This document shows positions 42,622 through 56,497 of a stretch of DNA of 64,000 bases, one piece after another. Each line of letters begins with the position of its first letter. The stretch's first letter is position 1. Origin of the DNA: Octopus vulgaris (taxonomy: Eukaryota). Where the stretch lies: assembly GCA_951406725.2 (NCBI GenBank), contig OX597836.1, forward strand, positions 5,332,001 to 5,396,000. Direction: 5' to 3'. Both the position numbers and the translations under genes were made by a program. The notes below the pieces were generated by a model, which saw only the letters and a list, made by a program, of their open reading frames with translations, searched no databases and had not been told where the DNA came from.

Positions 42622-43125
42622 GTGAAGGGAAGACATGGAGCTGAACGAAGATTCTACAAAATTCCTTTTTATTATTTTATTATTTTCTACACATGTTTCA
42701 AAGGCTCAATATGCGTGGACGTCAACGCATATTGAGAGACAGTTTTGTGCCATTCATACCATGGGCTACTAGGGAGCATTTTGTTCGAATAGCTTGCTGC
42801 GCATTTGTTTTGAGATTTAAATTCCTGGATTTTCCTGAAGAGAAAGCTGCAAAATGGTCTCCTTATTCAATCCGAATTTGGAAATTTGCAGCCTTTGAAA
42901 CATGTGTAGAAAATAATAAAAAGGAATTTTGAAGAATCTTCGTTCAGCTCCATTTCTTCCCTTCGCTAAATATATAAAACTTCAATTATCCGCGCTAAGG
43001 CACGGTTGCGACACCCCATGGTCGTAACCTCAACCGTGTTTTTTCTGTTGTGATTTGTGCTACCCAGGTATCGGTTAAATTTTGAATAATCCGTAACAAG
43101 ATAATTCATTTATCCATTTCAATAA
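42617..43125 (+). mobile_element. Penelope-like pLTR with inverted partial copy, between (TA)n tracts
   Basis: ~85-90 bp inverted arms 42617-42706 / 42890-42971; HHR in the plus copy. Confidence 0.72.
42829..42914 (+). ncRNA. Type I hammerhead ribozyme, intact core
   Basis: AUUUUC-CUGAAGA-GAAAGCUGCAAA..UUUGCAGCCUUU-GAAA-CAUGUG-UA-GAAAAU; GUA site after 42908. Confidence 0.82.
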
Positions 43126-43147
43126 ATATATATATATATATATATAT

Positions 43148-43620
43148 AGTTACCTTACTCAGCAATACAGCGGCTACCAGCGTTCCTGCATTTGGAATAC
43201 GACTTGGAAATTGTTTTCCGTACGCGCGTGAAGGGCGTTCTGTGGTTCGCTCTGAATCTCGACAACGGTTTAAAAACGGCCACCTTTGAGCTGCATTTTC
43301 ATCTTGGGGGAAGAGACAGAAGTCTGATGTGCGAATAAGGCAGGTGTGGAAGTGGTATCACGTAGTTATTTGCGAGAGACACCCGAGTGAGACACCCGTC
43401 TTGAAGAATCCAATTTTCGCGTTCCACACGTCCGGTCGTTTTTGGCAAACGCTTCAAAACGTCGTGAATTTCCTCTGTAGTGGAAATGAAAGGCTTTTCG
43501 TTTTGACGACTGCTACTTCGTTGGTGTGTCGTCCCCGTAGACCCAACTCTTGTCCCCAGTTATGAGCCTCGACATGCAGGATGAGTTATCAGTGGCACGC
43601 AGACGAAGATGTTGACATAT
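43148..43620 (-). pseudogene. Mariner transposase relic (catalytic domain, internally deleted)
   Basis: SRLITGDKSWVYG..TK*QSS; DVLKRL..KRPDVW; LPHLPYS..SDFCLFPKMKMQLKG.RF..EIQ..ERW..CIAE*GNY. Confidence 0.9.
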
Positions 43621-43812
43621 AAACGACGGGCTTATTTCAGTTTCCGTCTACCAAATCCACTCACAAGGCTTTCATCGGCCCACAGTTACAGAAGGTGCTG
43701 CGGGACTGAACCCGGATCCATGTGCCTCTGAAGCAAGCATTTGACTACACAGCCGCTATGTATGAATGTATATATATATATATTTTTTGTGTGTGTGTTT
43801 GTGTGTGTGTGT

Positions 43813-43854
<42 letters not shown>

Positions 43855-44342
43855 CTATGCGTGGCACTCACACAGAAGCAAACACACACACACAAATACA
43901 AACACATAAGTGTACAAGTATAGAAATAAACGTACGGATGTATATGTAGATACATGCGGGTACACATGTATATTTATATATGTGCGGATGTAAGTAATAA
44001 AACCTCCACGCAAATATATACACATATGTATACATATAAAACACCCAAAATATATCCAATTTAGTTAATAGCTCAGGTAAAAAACGAATCAACTAATTTT
44101 TAGTTTCCAGCGAAATAAACTGAATTCGAGATAGATCGGACATTTTCTTTTATTTCTCGTGTCTGGTTGGAATTTGCCAATGAATCATTAGCGAAATATC
44201 TCATTTAGGAACTACGTAGACAGCTATATATCATATACTCCATACACAGGTAGCACATATAAATCTGTATACACATACATACACGCATACACATACATAT
44301 ACACACACACACAGATATATGCATACAAGTATTTATCGATAT

Positions 44343-44393
<51 letters not shown>

Positions 44394-44748
44394 TATATGT
44401 GTGTGTATGTATGTATGTATGTATGTATGTATGGAAATGATATAATACGTGCATGATATAATACGTATATATATATATATATATAAATACATATGTATAT
44501 AAATATATATATATACATGTATATATACATATACGTATCAATATATACATATACATACAAACACACACGCAAACACATACACGCACACACACACAAGCAC
44601 ATACACGCCCACACACACATATACATATATGTATACATTTATATATTATATATAGGTAATTAAAGACGCACATACAATATCTTAACCGTATACACGCACT
44701 GAAACAATTTCATATCATCTAAAAGAAAGCGTGTTTTTCTGTGCTTCT

Positions 44749-44846
<98 letters not shown>

Positions 44847-45333
44847 TTGTGCATGCTCTTCTACACTCTCATTAATGTATCTACATATATATATATATAT
44901 ATGCATGGAAGAGTAATTAAGTTGTGCTACACATTCATTCATCATTTACTGTGTAAGTTTGTGTGTTTGTGAATTGCGTTCAAATTCCTTTGAATATTTT
45001 TATACGCATACTTTCCAATAAGAATTATCTACTAGTTGTACACGCGTGTACAACAATGATTACATATGCTTTATATACATACACTTGCTTCTAATAATCT
45101 ATAACATGATTCACATAACAATCCGAACATAAATTTATATGAAAATTATACGCAAAGCAGACATAGCACACGTATATATTTCTATAACGAATATCATCGT
45201 TATTCTCCTTAATTACCTCTTGGTGTTGTTGCTGTTGTTGTTGTTGTTTATACGCTCGTTACAATTGGTTTCAGTATCTACTTTATGCGCTGGATTTGTG
45301 TAGATAAAATAGGTATACAGAGATACACACAAG

Positions 45334-45410
<77 letters not shown>

Positions 45411-45477
45411 TATACATATATCTGTATGAAGATATGTAAAAATATATATGCATATATATGAATATAAATATAAATAA

Positions 45478-45514
<37 letters not shown>

Positions 45515-45627
45515 TATATATATATATATTCATGGATATATATTTATACTGACATAGATATAGATGAAGACATATATATATATATATATATGTGTGTGTT
45601 GTGTGTGTATGCATAAATGTATATATG

Positions 45628-45671
<44 letters not shown>

Positions 45672-45772
45672 CATTGATATATATTGATACCGATATAGAG
45701 ATAGATGTAGACATATATATATATATATATGTATATATAAATATACATACATATATATATATATATGCACAC

Positions 45773-45835
<63 letters not shown>

Positions 45836-46313
45836 GTTTTTACTCTGAATACTTGTTGTTACTGATATGCTAATCACCCTTATTCTTGTTATTATTGTTG
45901 TGAGTATTTTTTTAATAATCTGTATAAATCCCTCAGTTGTTAGTGATATTTAATATCGCCATTAACAACGCCGTTATTAGCGATGTTCAAGTAATTTCTG
46001 TAATGCCTTTTATTGTTACGGTATATTTTATTACTTATGGCGTTATTAATATCGTCTTTATTCTTTTTTGCTACTATCATTGTTCTTGATATGCTCATCA
46101 TTATCATTATTGTTATGTCTATTATTACTGATGCAGCTACTAACATCGTCACGAATTTGCTTTCCTTAATAAGGCGTTAAAATGACACTTTTGGTTACAG
46201 CGCTGCTGCACGAAGTATTTCATAGTATTTCGCCCGTCTTTCCGTTTTGCTTTCAAATTCCGCCAGGGTTGATATAGCATTGCATATTTCCTCATTTCAG
46301 GGTCGATAAAATA

Positions 46314-46824
46314 CCGTAAAGCCTCGATTATAATCCATATTTTTTCCCAAAATTTAAAAGTCAAAATCCCTAGTGCGTATTATATACGAGGTTAAAAATG
46401 AAAATTATTTTCTAAGCAATGTCCGAGTCTCTATTTGCTGTCCGACAATGTTTATTCAGACTCATTTTATGATGTCGGGCGCGAAAATACCTTAAACTAA
46501 GCCTGAAAGCAATGAAGTCAAAAAAGAATCATCCATAACTTGCAATAAGCAACATTTATTAAACGTTATTACTGTTATTTCTTTATTCTTTGCAAACAAA
46601 ATGCACAAAAAAGCTACACGTTTGCATTATGTTATATATACAATAATAATAAAGGACGTTACCGTATAAATTTTTACAAACCAAGGGCGTTATATAGACC
46701 GCCTTGACTCAAGTTAGAGAAGAGGTGCGTATTATACACAAGGTTTAGGCTTTTCAGAGTTACAGCCCCCTAAATATCCCCTGCGTATTATACTCAAGGG
46801 CGGTCTATACTCGAGGATTTACGG
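46314..46824. mobile_element. pogo/Tigger-like MITE nested in a SINE B copy
   Basis: TA-CCGTAAAGCCTCGATTATA / TATACTCGAGGATTTACGG TIRs; internal TGCGTATTATA repeats; flanks rejoin to GGTCGATAAAATAAGTACCA. Confidence 0.85.
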
Positions 46825-47207
46825 CAAGTACCATATTATTATTGTGACCTATATCATTAACTTACCTCATATTACTAACGTTGTGCCAAAATTTAAAACC
46901 AATATTTTTCTGATTAGCAATTTTGTTATTATATCTAGCAATTACTTTTGTTATATCCGTTATTATGCGGTTGATGTTAATATCGCCATTGCTATTTTTC
47001 GTTATTATCAAAGTTTTTCAGATATCTTTTATTATTGTAGTCTGCGGTTGTTTATTATTGTTGCTAATAACATCATTACCGTTTTTCCAATTGCCAATTA
47101 TTTGTTCTTACGACTATGAATAATATTCTCTGTTGTTGCTATGATAGATTGCCATTTTTCAAATAACAGCCATGTTTGTATTATCATTATTATTGTAATT
47201 ATTATTA

Positions 47208-47298
<91 letters not shown>

Positions 47299-47615
47299 CA
47301 TCATCATCATCATCATCACCATTGTATTTATGCTGCCATTATTATTACCATTATTTTATCGTATATGATGTGATGCTTATTAGCAATATTTTTTTGTTTT
47401 TGTTCTTGCGGATATTCTTAATCCCGCCGGCCTTATTAGTGTTCTCAATATTATTGTCGCAATGGAACATTCTAATCCTATGGGGAGGGGGTGAGTGGAT
47501 GTTGCTGGCATGTATTTACTATTATTAGAAAAACTTAGAAATAATTATTTTCATCAATGCTAAGTTTACAATAGCTGTGATATTATCATTGTTGTTGTTG
47601 TTTTTGTTGTTCAAA

Positions 47616-47793
47616 GCGGCAAGCGGGCAGAATTGTTAACGCGCTGGACGAAATGCCTAGCGGTATTTCGTCTGCCATTACGTTCTGAGTTCAGTAGAGT
47701 AAAATACTATTTTATAGTAGCTGAAAATCTTCACCAGCTGTTGTTTCATTGATTTCTTGTAGCCGTTCATCAGACAACGAGACAGTGGTGAAA

Positions 47794-47795
<2 letters not shown>
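47616..47795. mobile_element. SINE B head (47616-47693, +) truncated by a pLTR-like fragment (47694-47795, -) next to (TA)n
   Basis: GCGGTATTTCGTCTGCC..GAGTTCA stops abruptly; minus strand has CTGATGA..GAAAC and near-palindrome CAACAGCTGGTG. Confidence 0.55.
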
Positions 47796-47842
<47 letters not shown>

Positions 47843-47926
47843 GGAGAGAGAGAGATACATATACATATATATACACATATATATATATATATATAGATAT
47901 ATACATATATATATATACGTATATAC

Positions 47927-47986
<60 letters not shown>

Positions 47987-49729
47987 AATGTGAGAGACAA
48001 ATTTGTCTGAAATACCAGATGAAGCAATTTAACATTACAACAACATTAGCCTACGATGCGATATTAGAAACAATTACAAGACTCAAAATTGACTTTTTTT
48101 TTTCGTTTTTTTTTTTTCTTGTAACATCAATGGCGCTGAAACCTCAGACGAGCGACAGACGAGAATCAACAACAGCATCAGAATATATACACGCTCCGCA
48201 TTATGTGAATGTTACTGCCTCGAACATTTGTATGTGAGTATGCACTGATAGTTGTGTATGTGTACGGGTTTTTGGGGGTATATATGAATGTATTATTAGG
48301 AATAATCTAAAATATGACACAATATATGAATAAATTCTATATACGATTATATATATTTTGATATGGAAATTTGCTTATTTATATATTCAGCGGATAGTAG
48401 CGTTGTGTGTTTTGTCGTACAATTTCAGCAAAAATCTACTCTTTTGAATTATTCATTTGCCTGAAATAAGCTACCAAATATATATATTTGTGTGTATGAG
48501 GGGTGTGTATTTATGTACGTCTATGTGTACATACATATGTATAAATAAATATGTATGCATATATTCATTTCATTTTTATTCCAGCTGAAAGCTAAATACG
48601 TAACGAAATAAAACTACTTTTCGTCTTACGTATCGTCATTGCTACGAGAAAACTTCCCTAGGTGTAGAATTTCAGAACAACGACGATTCTGTCGATTAAA
48701 AGGTGATTGAGGTTAAATTGTGAGAAGAAAGGGAACTTTTCTATTTTTGAGAATGATGTTATTAGAGACATCTTAATTTTTAAGAAATTTGATAACAGCA
48801 TCTATCTTAATTTATATATTATTGGGAATATAAAATTGTTATATTATTAACATAAATTAAATATATATGTATTAATTACATATATATTAGTAATATTTTT
48901 AGTAATGAAATGTAGCATATGGTGATGACGCTGACGTTATTAGCAGCGTTTAGCGTTTAGGAATTTTTTAATGGAGACAACATCTTCAAAGGAGGTAGCA
49001 TGAAATTTTGTATTTTTGGTTATTGATTAATATATGCAAATTGCTGGTATATTTAAAACGACTATATTTGAATATTTAATGTAGTGGTGGCATATAATTA
49101 AACATGAAATAACAATATCTAGGTTTCAGGTAATTTGAAACAAGCAAATAAAACATCTATCACGACTAGTATTTGTTTACGCCATGAGATGTTCCACAGT
49201 TGCTTTTGTTTATGCGTTTGTTGACGAATAAACAAAGGTAAATTATGTAAATAATTATGCAAATATAGTGTTGGCGAATATGTTAAGAAAATCCGATATT
49301 CCTACCAAATATCAAACACAGGGCCTTCGAGCCAGAATGCAGTAAGAAATACATAATGATATTTCATAAAATATCCAAACGAGAATATGTAAGTTAGTAC
49401 CATTTTGGCATTATTCGTAATGATTTCAAAATCTGGCAGAAACGCATGAAATTTAGTGGGAAGGTAACCCAAGCACGCAACGGGTATGTATTTTATGGAA
49501 CCCGTACTAACTAAAAGCAAAGATTACGGCAGCCACCAAGAACTCCCTCGGAGCATTTTCCTCGAAACGGTATCGATTCTTCCGGTTGACCAGATTAGGA
49601 TCATACACAAACAATATATACATACACACACACACACAAACAAACAAATAAATAATTCATACAGATACGCACTCATACATTCAAATACATACCCACACAT
49701 ACATACACATACATATATATACATTTGTA

Positions 49730-49965
49730 GAGGCGCAATGGCCTAGTGGTTAGGGCAGCGGACTCGCGGTCGCAGGATCGCGGTTTCGATTCTCAGACCG
49801 GGCGTTGTGTGTGTTTATTGAGCGAAAACACCTAAAAGCTCTACGAGGCTCCGGCAGGGGGTGGTGATCCCTGCTGTACTCTTTCACCACAATGGCGGTG
49901 CCCCAGCATGGCCACAGCTCAAGAGCTGAAACTGGAAAAACAAACAAAAAACAAAAATAAACAAA
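49730..49965 (+). mobile_element. SINE family C head with an alternative CR1/L2-type tail
   Basis: Matches the 4669 copy to CTTTCACCAC, then GGCGGTGCCCCAGCATGGCC..CTGAAAC and an A-rich tail. Confidence 0.85.
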
Positions 49966-50470
49966 CATACTATCTGACAGTTTTCTTGCTATATAGATAC
50001 GATAAATTTTATGTTCGGTCATTATGGTTTTAATAATTAAATTTTGTTTTTGTGTGATTTTAATTAAATTTCTGTCATATTATGCTTATAGAACTTAAAT
50101 TCGACCCAGACACACATAATTCCCCTTCCTATTCTTTTTAATTAGTTTTCAACTTTAGATGCTATAAAATAACGTTTCTAGTATCATTAAGGACAAACAA
50201 TTTTATATCTGAAGTAGTAAGAATTTTTTTATATTCTCTGGTTTACAATATTTTAAATATTTATTCCTAAACTTAACATTTTACAATTAACGACATATTC
50301 ATGGCAAGCAGCACTTCCATAAACTCACAAAGTAAAAACAAATTTTGGGGATAAAAGTTTAATTCCTACAATATATGTTGATCAACACCCAAGCATTCAC
50401 TTCTTGGGGGAATGTATGCCATCACTATTTTAGGTATTACTATTGTAGTATAATATTAGCAATACAGTAA

Positions 50471-50861
50471 TCTCTCTATATATAAAGCTGAAGTTGTTTG
50501 TGTATGGCACGTTTGGTAGCCTTCAACTAACACTATCTCCTCCGAGACCCTGCGGCGCAAGTTGACCAAAATTAAGAATATGATAGAAAAAGGCTTGCTC
50601 TTCCTTTCGTAGAAGAAAGCGTTCAAATCGGACCATGTTAACACCAAAAATTCTTTACATTAAAAAGGTGCTTTTCTTCTATGAAAATCCCTATTTTTTA
50701 CGATTTTTTGACTGCTGTTTCGTCATTTTTCGGTGTATTTCAACCAGAAAAATGTTCACTTCAAGAAAATAACAAGCTACACAATGCGAAATTTTTACTT
50801 TTCAAAATTCCGATTCTAAAGGGTCGAAACAAAACCGAGCATCGCCGGGCGATACTGCTAG
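50471..50861 (+). mobile_element. Non-autonomous Helitron
   Basis: A|TCTCTCTATATATAAAG start; GC-rich hairpin (ATCGC-CGG-GCGAT) just before CTAG|T end; no TSD. Confidence 0.82.
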
Positions 50862-51327
50862 TATGGTTTTATAATAATATTAGCTGAATGCGGTTCGGAG
50901 GCGCAATCGTAGAACGCTCGGCAAAACGCTTGGCAGCAATTCGTTCGTCCTTATGTGCTGAGTTCAATTTACTCCGAGGTCGACGTTAGATTTCAGCTTT
51001 TCGGGTTTATAAAATAGTTACCAGTTGAGTATTGCCGGTGGGTTGGAGGTCGATGCAATCCACTCACATCTTCCTTCAAGACTGCTAGCGGTGTACCAAA
51101 ATCTGTAACCAATATAAATATTGTTACTTCCATAAGGGTATTTTGAAATGATAATTTCTCATTGATTTCTTAGGTATTTTTCACCCGCAACATTTGAGCC
51201 GCCAAAAAGATTTCTCGAAATTGTATACTCAAGTATTTAGTAATTTTGTCTCCTTTTGTGATTACCCTCAGTATATACAAGATGAAGTTCTGGGATATAT
51301 TTTGGACTTAATAGTCAGTTCTCAAAG

Positions 51328-51683
51328 GGCGGCGAACTGGCAGTAACGTTAGAACGCCGGGCGAAATGCGTAGCCGTATTTCGTCAGCCGCTACGATCTC
51401 AGTTCATATTCCGCCGAGGTCGACTTTGCCCTTCATCCTTTCGGGGTCGATTAAATAAGTACCAGTTACCCACTGGGGTCGATGTTATCGACTTAATCCA
51501 TTTGTCTGTCCTTGTTTGTCCTCTCCGTGTTTAGCCCCTTGTGGGTTGTAAAGAAATAGGTATTTCGTCCGTCGTGGTCGACTTTGCCTTTTATCATTTC
51601 GTGATGGATAAATTAAGTACTAGCGACACACTGTGGTCGATGTAATCGACTAGTCTCCTCACCCCCAAATTTCAGGTCTTCGT
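51328..51683 (+). mobile_element. SINE family B dimer (full unit with tail 1, then headless unit with tail 2)
   Basis: Junction AAAGAAATA|GGTATTTCGTC at 51558/51559; TAGTCA.TTCT on both flanks. Confidence 0.88.
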
Positions 51684-52601
51684 TAGTCAATTCTGTTTGG
51701 TTGTTGACTTCGATAATATATAATTGGTCTGTATAGTTATGGTAGGACCCGTCTACACTGACATATTTTTACGTTGATTTAACCCTCCAGGTAAAGTAAA
51801 ATTTCTGATCACGATCCACGTTTTGATGTTGGCTTCTCATGGGTCAGATTCATTTGCACATTTGTTTTGGCAGACAAGTTTTCAACCAACGAGACATCGA
51901 GCCTGCGAAATCTTCTCTCGGAATGTAATGATTCGAAAAGACACACCGCTGTGCGTTTTCCTGTTGATCGAATAAATACACCAAAAAAGATTGATCTCAT
52001 ATATAAAAAGATTAGCGGCATACTTCGCTCAACTTTAGATAACTTTGATATTATCTACAGTGAGCAGGTCTATGATCAAAGATGTTGCTTTCTGTTATCA
52101 TTCTAGTCGCAGCTCGGATGCATTATAGGAATATTAAATCTAACCTAGCATTTGAAAGTTGCATTCATGTACAGTATTAGATTTATATATTTATGATGTC
52201 ACCTAGATATAAATGGAGGTATGATAGAAAACAAATCACCTTTGATCATACGCGGCTCAACAACTAAAAAGTTTATTTAATAGACATAACGTCAAAGTTA
52301 TCTTCAGTTTCATAATTAATATCGGGAATATTACATGCATTGCGGTTTCATGGTAAAATCGGTAACATAGCGATTGAAATAAAGAAATGACTAGAAATTA
52401 TTTGGTTCCATCTCATTATTTTTTCAGTTCAAATATATCTGCGTCTTATTTTAAAGAAAGTAGAACATTATTTAAGAGCGATTTGGTTGCTATTATTTCA
52501 AGAAATCATGTAAAATAGACGTTTTCTCAGTCGTTAAATCAGTTGCAAACTTAATGGGTAAAATTCTAAAACTAACAGAAATTATTGCAGTTTAATATTT
52601 T

Positions 52602-52832
52602 TATTTCTTTACTACCTACAAGGGGCTAAACACAGGGTGAACAAACAAGGACAGATAAACGGATTAAGTCGATTATATCCACCCCAGTGCGTAACTGGTA
52701 CTTATTTACTCGACCCCGAAAGGATGAAAGACAAAGTAGACCTTGGCGGAATTTGAACTCAGAACGAAGCGGCAAACGAAATACTGCTAAGCATTTCGCC
52801 CGGCGTGCTAACGTTTCTGCCAGCTCGCCGCC
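52602..52832 (-). mobile_element. SINE family B, full length (tail type 1)
   Basis: Reverse complement begins GGCGGCGAGCTGGCAGAAACGTTAGCACGCCGGGCGAAATGC and ends AAAGAAATA. Confidence 0.9.
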
Positions 52833-52850
52833 TTCAATGTGTAAATTGTG

Positions 52851-53171
52851 AAGGCGCGTGGTTTAATGGATAGAGTATTCGGCTCACGATCGTATGGACA
52901 CGAGTTCGATTCTAGGTGTACGTTGGGCCCTTAACAAGACATTTTATTTCACGGTGCTCCAGTACACTTAGCTGGCAAAAATGAGTAGAACCTCTATTTC
53001 AAGTGGTCAGGCTTGTCACATTCTGTGTCACGCTGAGTCTCACTGAGAAGTATGTGAAGGGGCACGCATCTCTGTGGAGTACTCTGCCACTTGCACGTTA
53101 ATCTCACGAGCAAGCTGTTCCGTCGATGGTATCAGCTGGGACCATTTTCGTCGTAACCGACGGAGTACACT
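52851..53171 (+). mobile_element. tRNA-derived SINE family D, full length
   Basis: A-box TGGTTTAATGG, B-box GAGTTCGATTC; TSD TAAATTGTG at 52842-52850 and 53172-53180. Confidence 0.87.
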
Positions 53172-53470
53172 TAAATTGTGTAACTAGTGTCTCATGAATC
53201 AAATATAATATTCGCTGAACATGGATGTGTGTGTGTGTGTGAATACCTATTAAAGTGCCTTAAACGATCCCGATCGTGTGACGCGACACAATTACGTTTA
53301 AGTCTTAAGTTGTCCCCGAAATTTTAAAACAGTCTGCGTGTAAGCATGAATGATTTCAGATATATTTCACTGCTTTTTCTAGCAGACAGACTCAAGACGC
53401 CGGAAAACGCTCATTTAATTAACATCGAGGGAAATATGATTAATTCTATAGAAATCTATCGATCGCTTTA

Positions 53471-53528
<58 letters not shown>

Positions 53529-53574
53529 CATACATACAAGCACAAACAAACACACAGGCACATACACACAAATG

Positions 53575-53624
<50 letters not shown>

Positions 53625-54612
53625 TGTGTATGTATGCAATGTATGTGTACATATCAATATATATTATATAATATATATGTGTGTGTCTGTATGTATATAT
53701 ATATATGTATATACATGTATACATATATATTAAAGCGTATATATACGCATATGTATATATATGTATGTATATAGGTATATATGTATCTACACATGTGTGT
53801 ATAAATATATATATGTGTATTTGTACATGCTTACATATATATATATAAATAAATATACATACTTCAATATACATGCATATATACATATATTCATGCATAT
53901 ATATTTGCATGTGTGCAAGCATTTATATTTTCATATAAATGTACATGTGTATGTAAGTGTGAAGTGTGTAAATGTGTTTTGCATGTGTATGTGAGTGCGT
54001 CTGTGTATACGTGCGAAAATGCGTGTGACGCAACCCCGTTAATAAACGCTAGACTGAACTCAATTATATTTCAATTTCGATGTCGGCTGCACCTATTTTC
54101 ACACGTGAATGAGATTCAATCTGCTCTGCTAAGATTCAAACCTGCTGCTTTCGAATAATTAGCAGCTCCGTTGGAATGGATTTCTGTTATGCAATATTCC
54201 ACTCCAGCTTCTATTAAGAAAAGTAATAAAATTGATTCCTTAATGGACGACCACATTGCCTGTGATAGCTTTCGTTCATTTTTATATTTCATGAGCTACA
54301 CTTAAATTAACGCATATAAATATATATAAGTGTGTGTGTGAGACAGAGAGAGAGAGACAGACAGAGTGAGATTACGATTGCTGTTGTTGTTATTGTAGTT
54401 GCTGATGTGGTTACTGTTTCACTTTATGACATATGTGAAGAACTGGAATTTCTAGTCACCATTTGTGCGCAGAAATCATTAGTTGCAGCAAAATGTTTCA
54501 GTAGCAAAAATTATATCTGTATTTAACATATTATGGAATGAGGCATGGCTTTGTGGTTAAGAAGCTACACTTTGCAATTACAAGCTTTCCGGTTCAAGCC
54601 CACAGGTATATA

Positions 54613-54691
<79 letters not shown>

Positions 54692-55947
54692 GTACAGACG
54701 TATCTTCTACTGGAATCCCATACTAATGCCTTGCTTTTGATAGCCAATTTGGAAAACGGAATTATGTGTGTGTATGTGGGCGGGTGTATGTGTCTTTGTG
54801 CATTTGTGAGTGTGTAAGTTTGTATGTGTGTACATGTGGTGTGTGTGTATGTGTGCCTCTAAGTATATATATATATATCTTGCAATTGTTTTTTGCTACG
54901 AACTACGTTACCGTTGTAGAGATTCATTCCTTAAATAGATCTAAATTAATTCTTCTGTGCGTAGAGGGAATCAAGTGACCGTATGTACATAAAAGGCATT
55001 CGTCTGCCGAAAAAGACTTAAGATTGCTGTCTTCACTATGACTCTTATGTTCATTTAAGGTAAATGTCACTGAGAAAATCTTATACAGTTTAATACCAGT
55101 GTCGAGGAGAGCCTTGCTGTGAGATCAAAAATAATCGGAACAAATACGGGAAGACATCTGGCTAAATTCTCGAAGGGATCTTAGGATGCGTTTCTCTTTT
55201 ATCGATGCTGAAAGGAAGAAACGTAAAGTCGACTTCGTCGTGATTTGAAATCGTTTCGCTGATACCGAGAAACATTTCAGTTACCGCACGAGCGAATCAT
55301 TTAATTTGTGGAGCAGTTTACTTTGATTATGAATGTGGGGTCAAAATTAAATATCGTCAAATAAGGTAACCTATTGCGACCTCTAGCATACATGGCACCA
55401 TTGAAGTAGACAGCTGTTTCTTCGATGTATGTAGCGACTGGATATTTGCGTTTTTGACAAACAAGATTGGTTAAACCGAGTGAAGACAATATTTCTTGTC
55501 TCAGTTTGTGGAGAGATTCCAAAGTTTGTCGTGTTCTGTTTCGAGTTGCAGCTGGACGATGTCTCTACACAGAAGTTGATAGAAGAACAGTGGAAAATAG
55601 TATTATGCTTATGACTTGGACATTTTTTAAAGAAGCGACAAGAATTTCCTCGGTAATACGTCGAAGAAATATTCTGAAAAATATATAATTGAACCTGGAG
55701 GCGAGAAATTAAAAGGTGCTTGCTCTGCTGATGCAGACTGTTTAGGAAGTGTCTGAAATAACATCTGATTAAAATGATCAGACCAATAGGCAGCTGCTGT
55801 AGCCAGGATATATAAGTACCTCATAAATTCAAATTCTCAAGGTGACAAAGAAAGGACGTCGATAGCTGAATATCTGAATGTCGGAAAAGTCTCTATGGCA
55901 AGTCACATGAGTGTGTGTGTATGTGTGTGTGTGTGTGTGTGTGTGTA

Positions 55948-56497
55948 CGAGGGTGAGTCAAAAAGTAATGCCATTTTCTTAGGACAGGTATCATACATCA
56001 ACACGTGTATCATACTCAAAATGAAGCTGGTCCTCTGTGGATCACATCCCTACTTCTCAATATAGTCACCGTTTCTCTCAATAGGAATGTTCCACCTTCG
56101 AATGAGAGCATGGATCCCTGCCCCGTATAATTCTGTTCACCGTTCTTTGAGCCACTTCTTCCCTACCACCACACTCACCAGATTTAGTACCTTCAGACTA
56201 TCATCTCTTCGGCGCCACGAAAGAGGGTTTGAGAGGCAAACACTATTCCAGTCACTTGGAAGTGAAAACTGTGGTGAAGAAGTGGCTCAAAGAACAGTCA
56301 ACAGAATTTTACGGGGCAGGGATACACGCTGTCATTCAAAGGTGGAACATTGCTATTGAGAGAAACGGTGACTATGTTGAGAAGTAGGGATGTGATCCAC
56401 AGAGAGACCAGCTTCATTTTGATGCATGATAGATGTTCTTGTGTAGGTAACTATACCCGTCTTAAACAAAATGGCATTACTTTTTTACTCACCCTCG
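55948..56497. mobile_element. Palindromic mariner derivative made of two 3' ends
   Basis: TA-CGAGGGTGAG..CTCACCCTCG ends; ~215-bp inverted arms; plus remnant PPHSPDLVPSDYHLFG..LRGKHY..VKKWL..FY.AGI..RWNIAIERNGDYVEK*. Confidence 0.93.

Noticed and set aside
47715-47780. Minus-strand CTGATGA..GAAAC-AACAGCTGGTG as an active hammerhead
   Set aside because: No UH after stem III and poor stems I and II; at most a relic.
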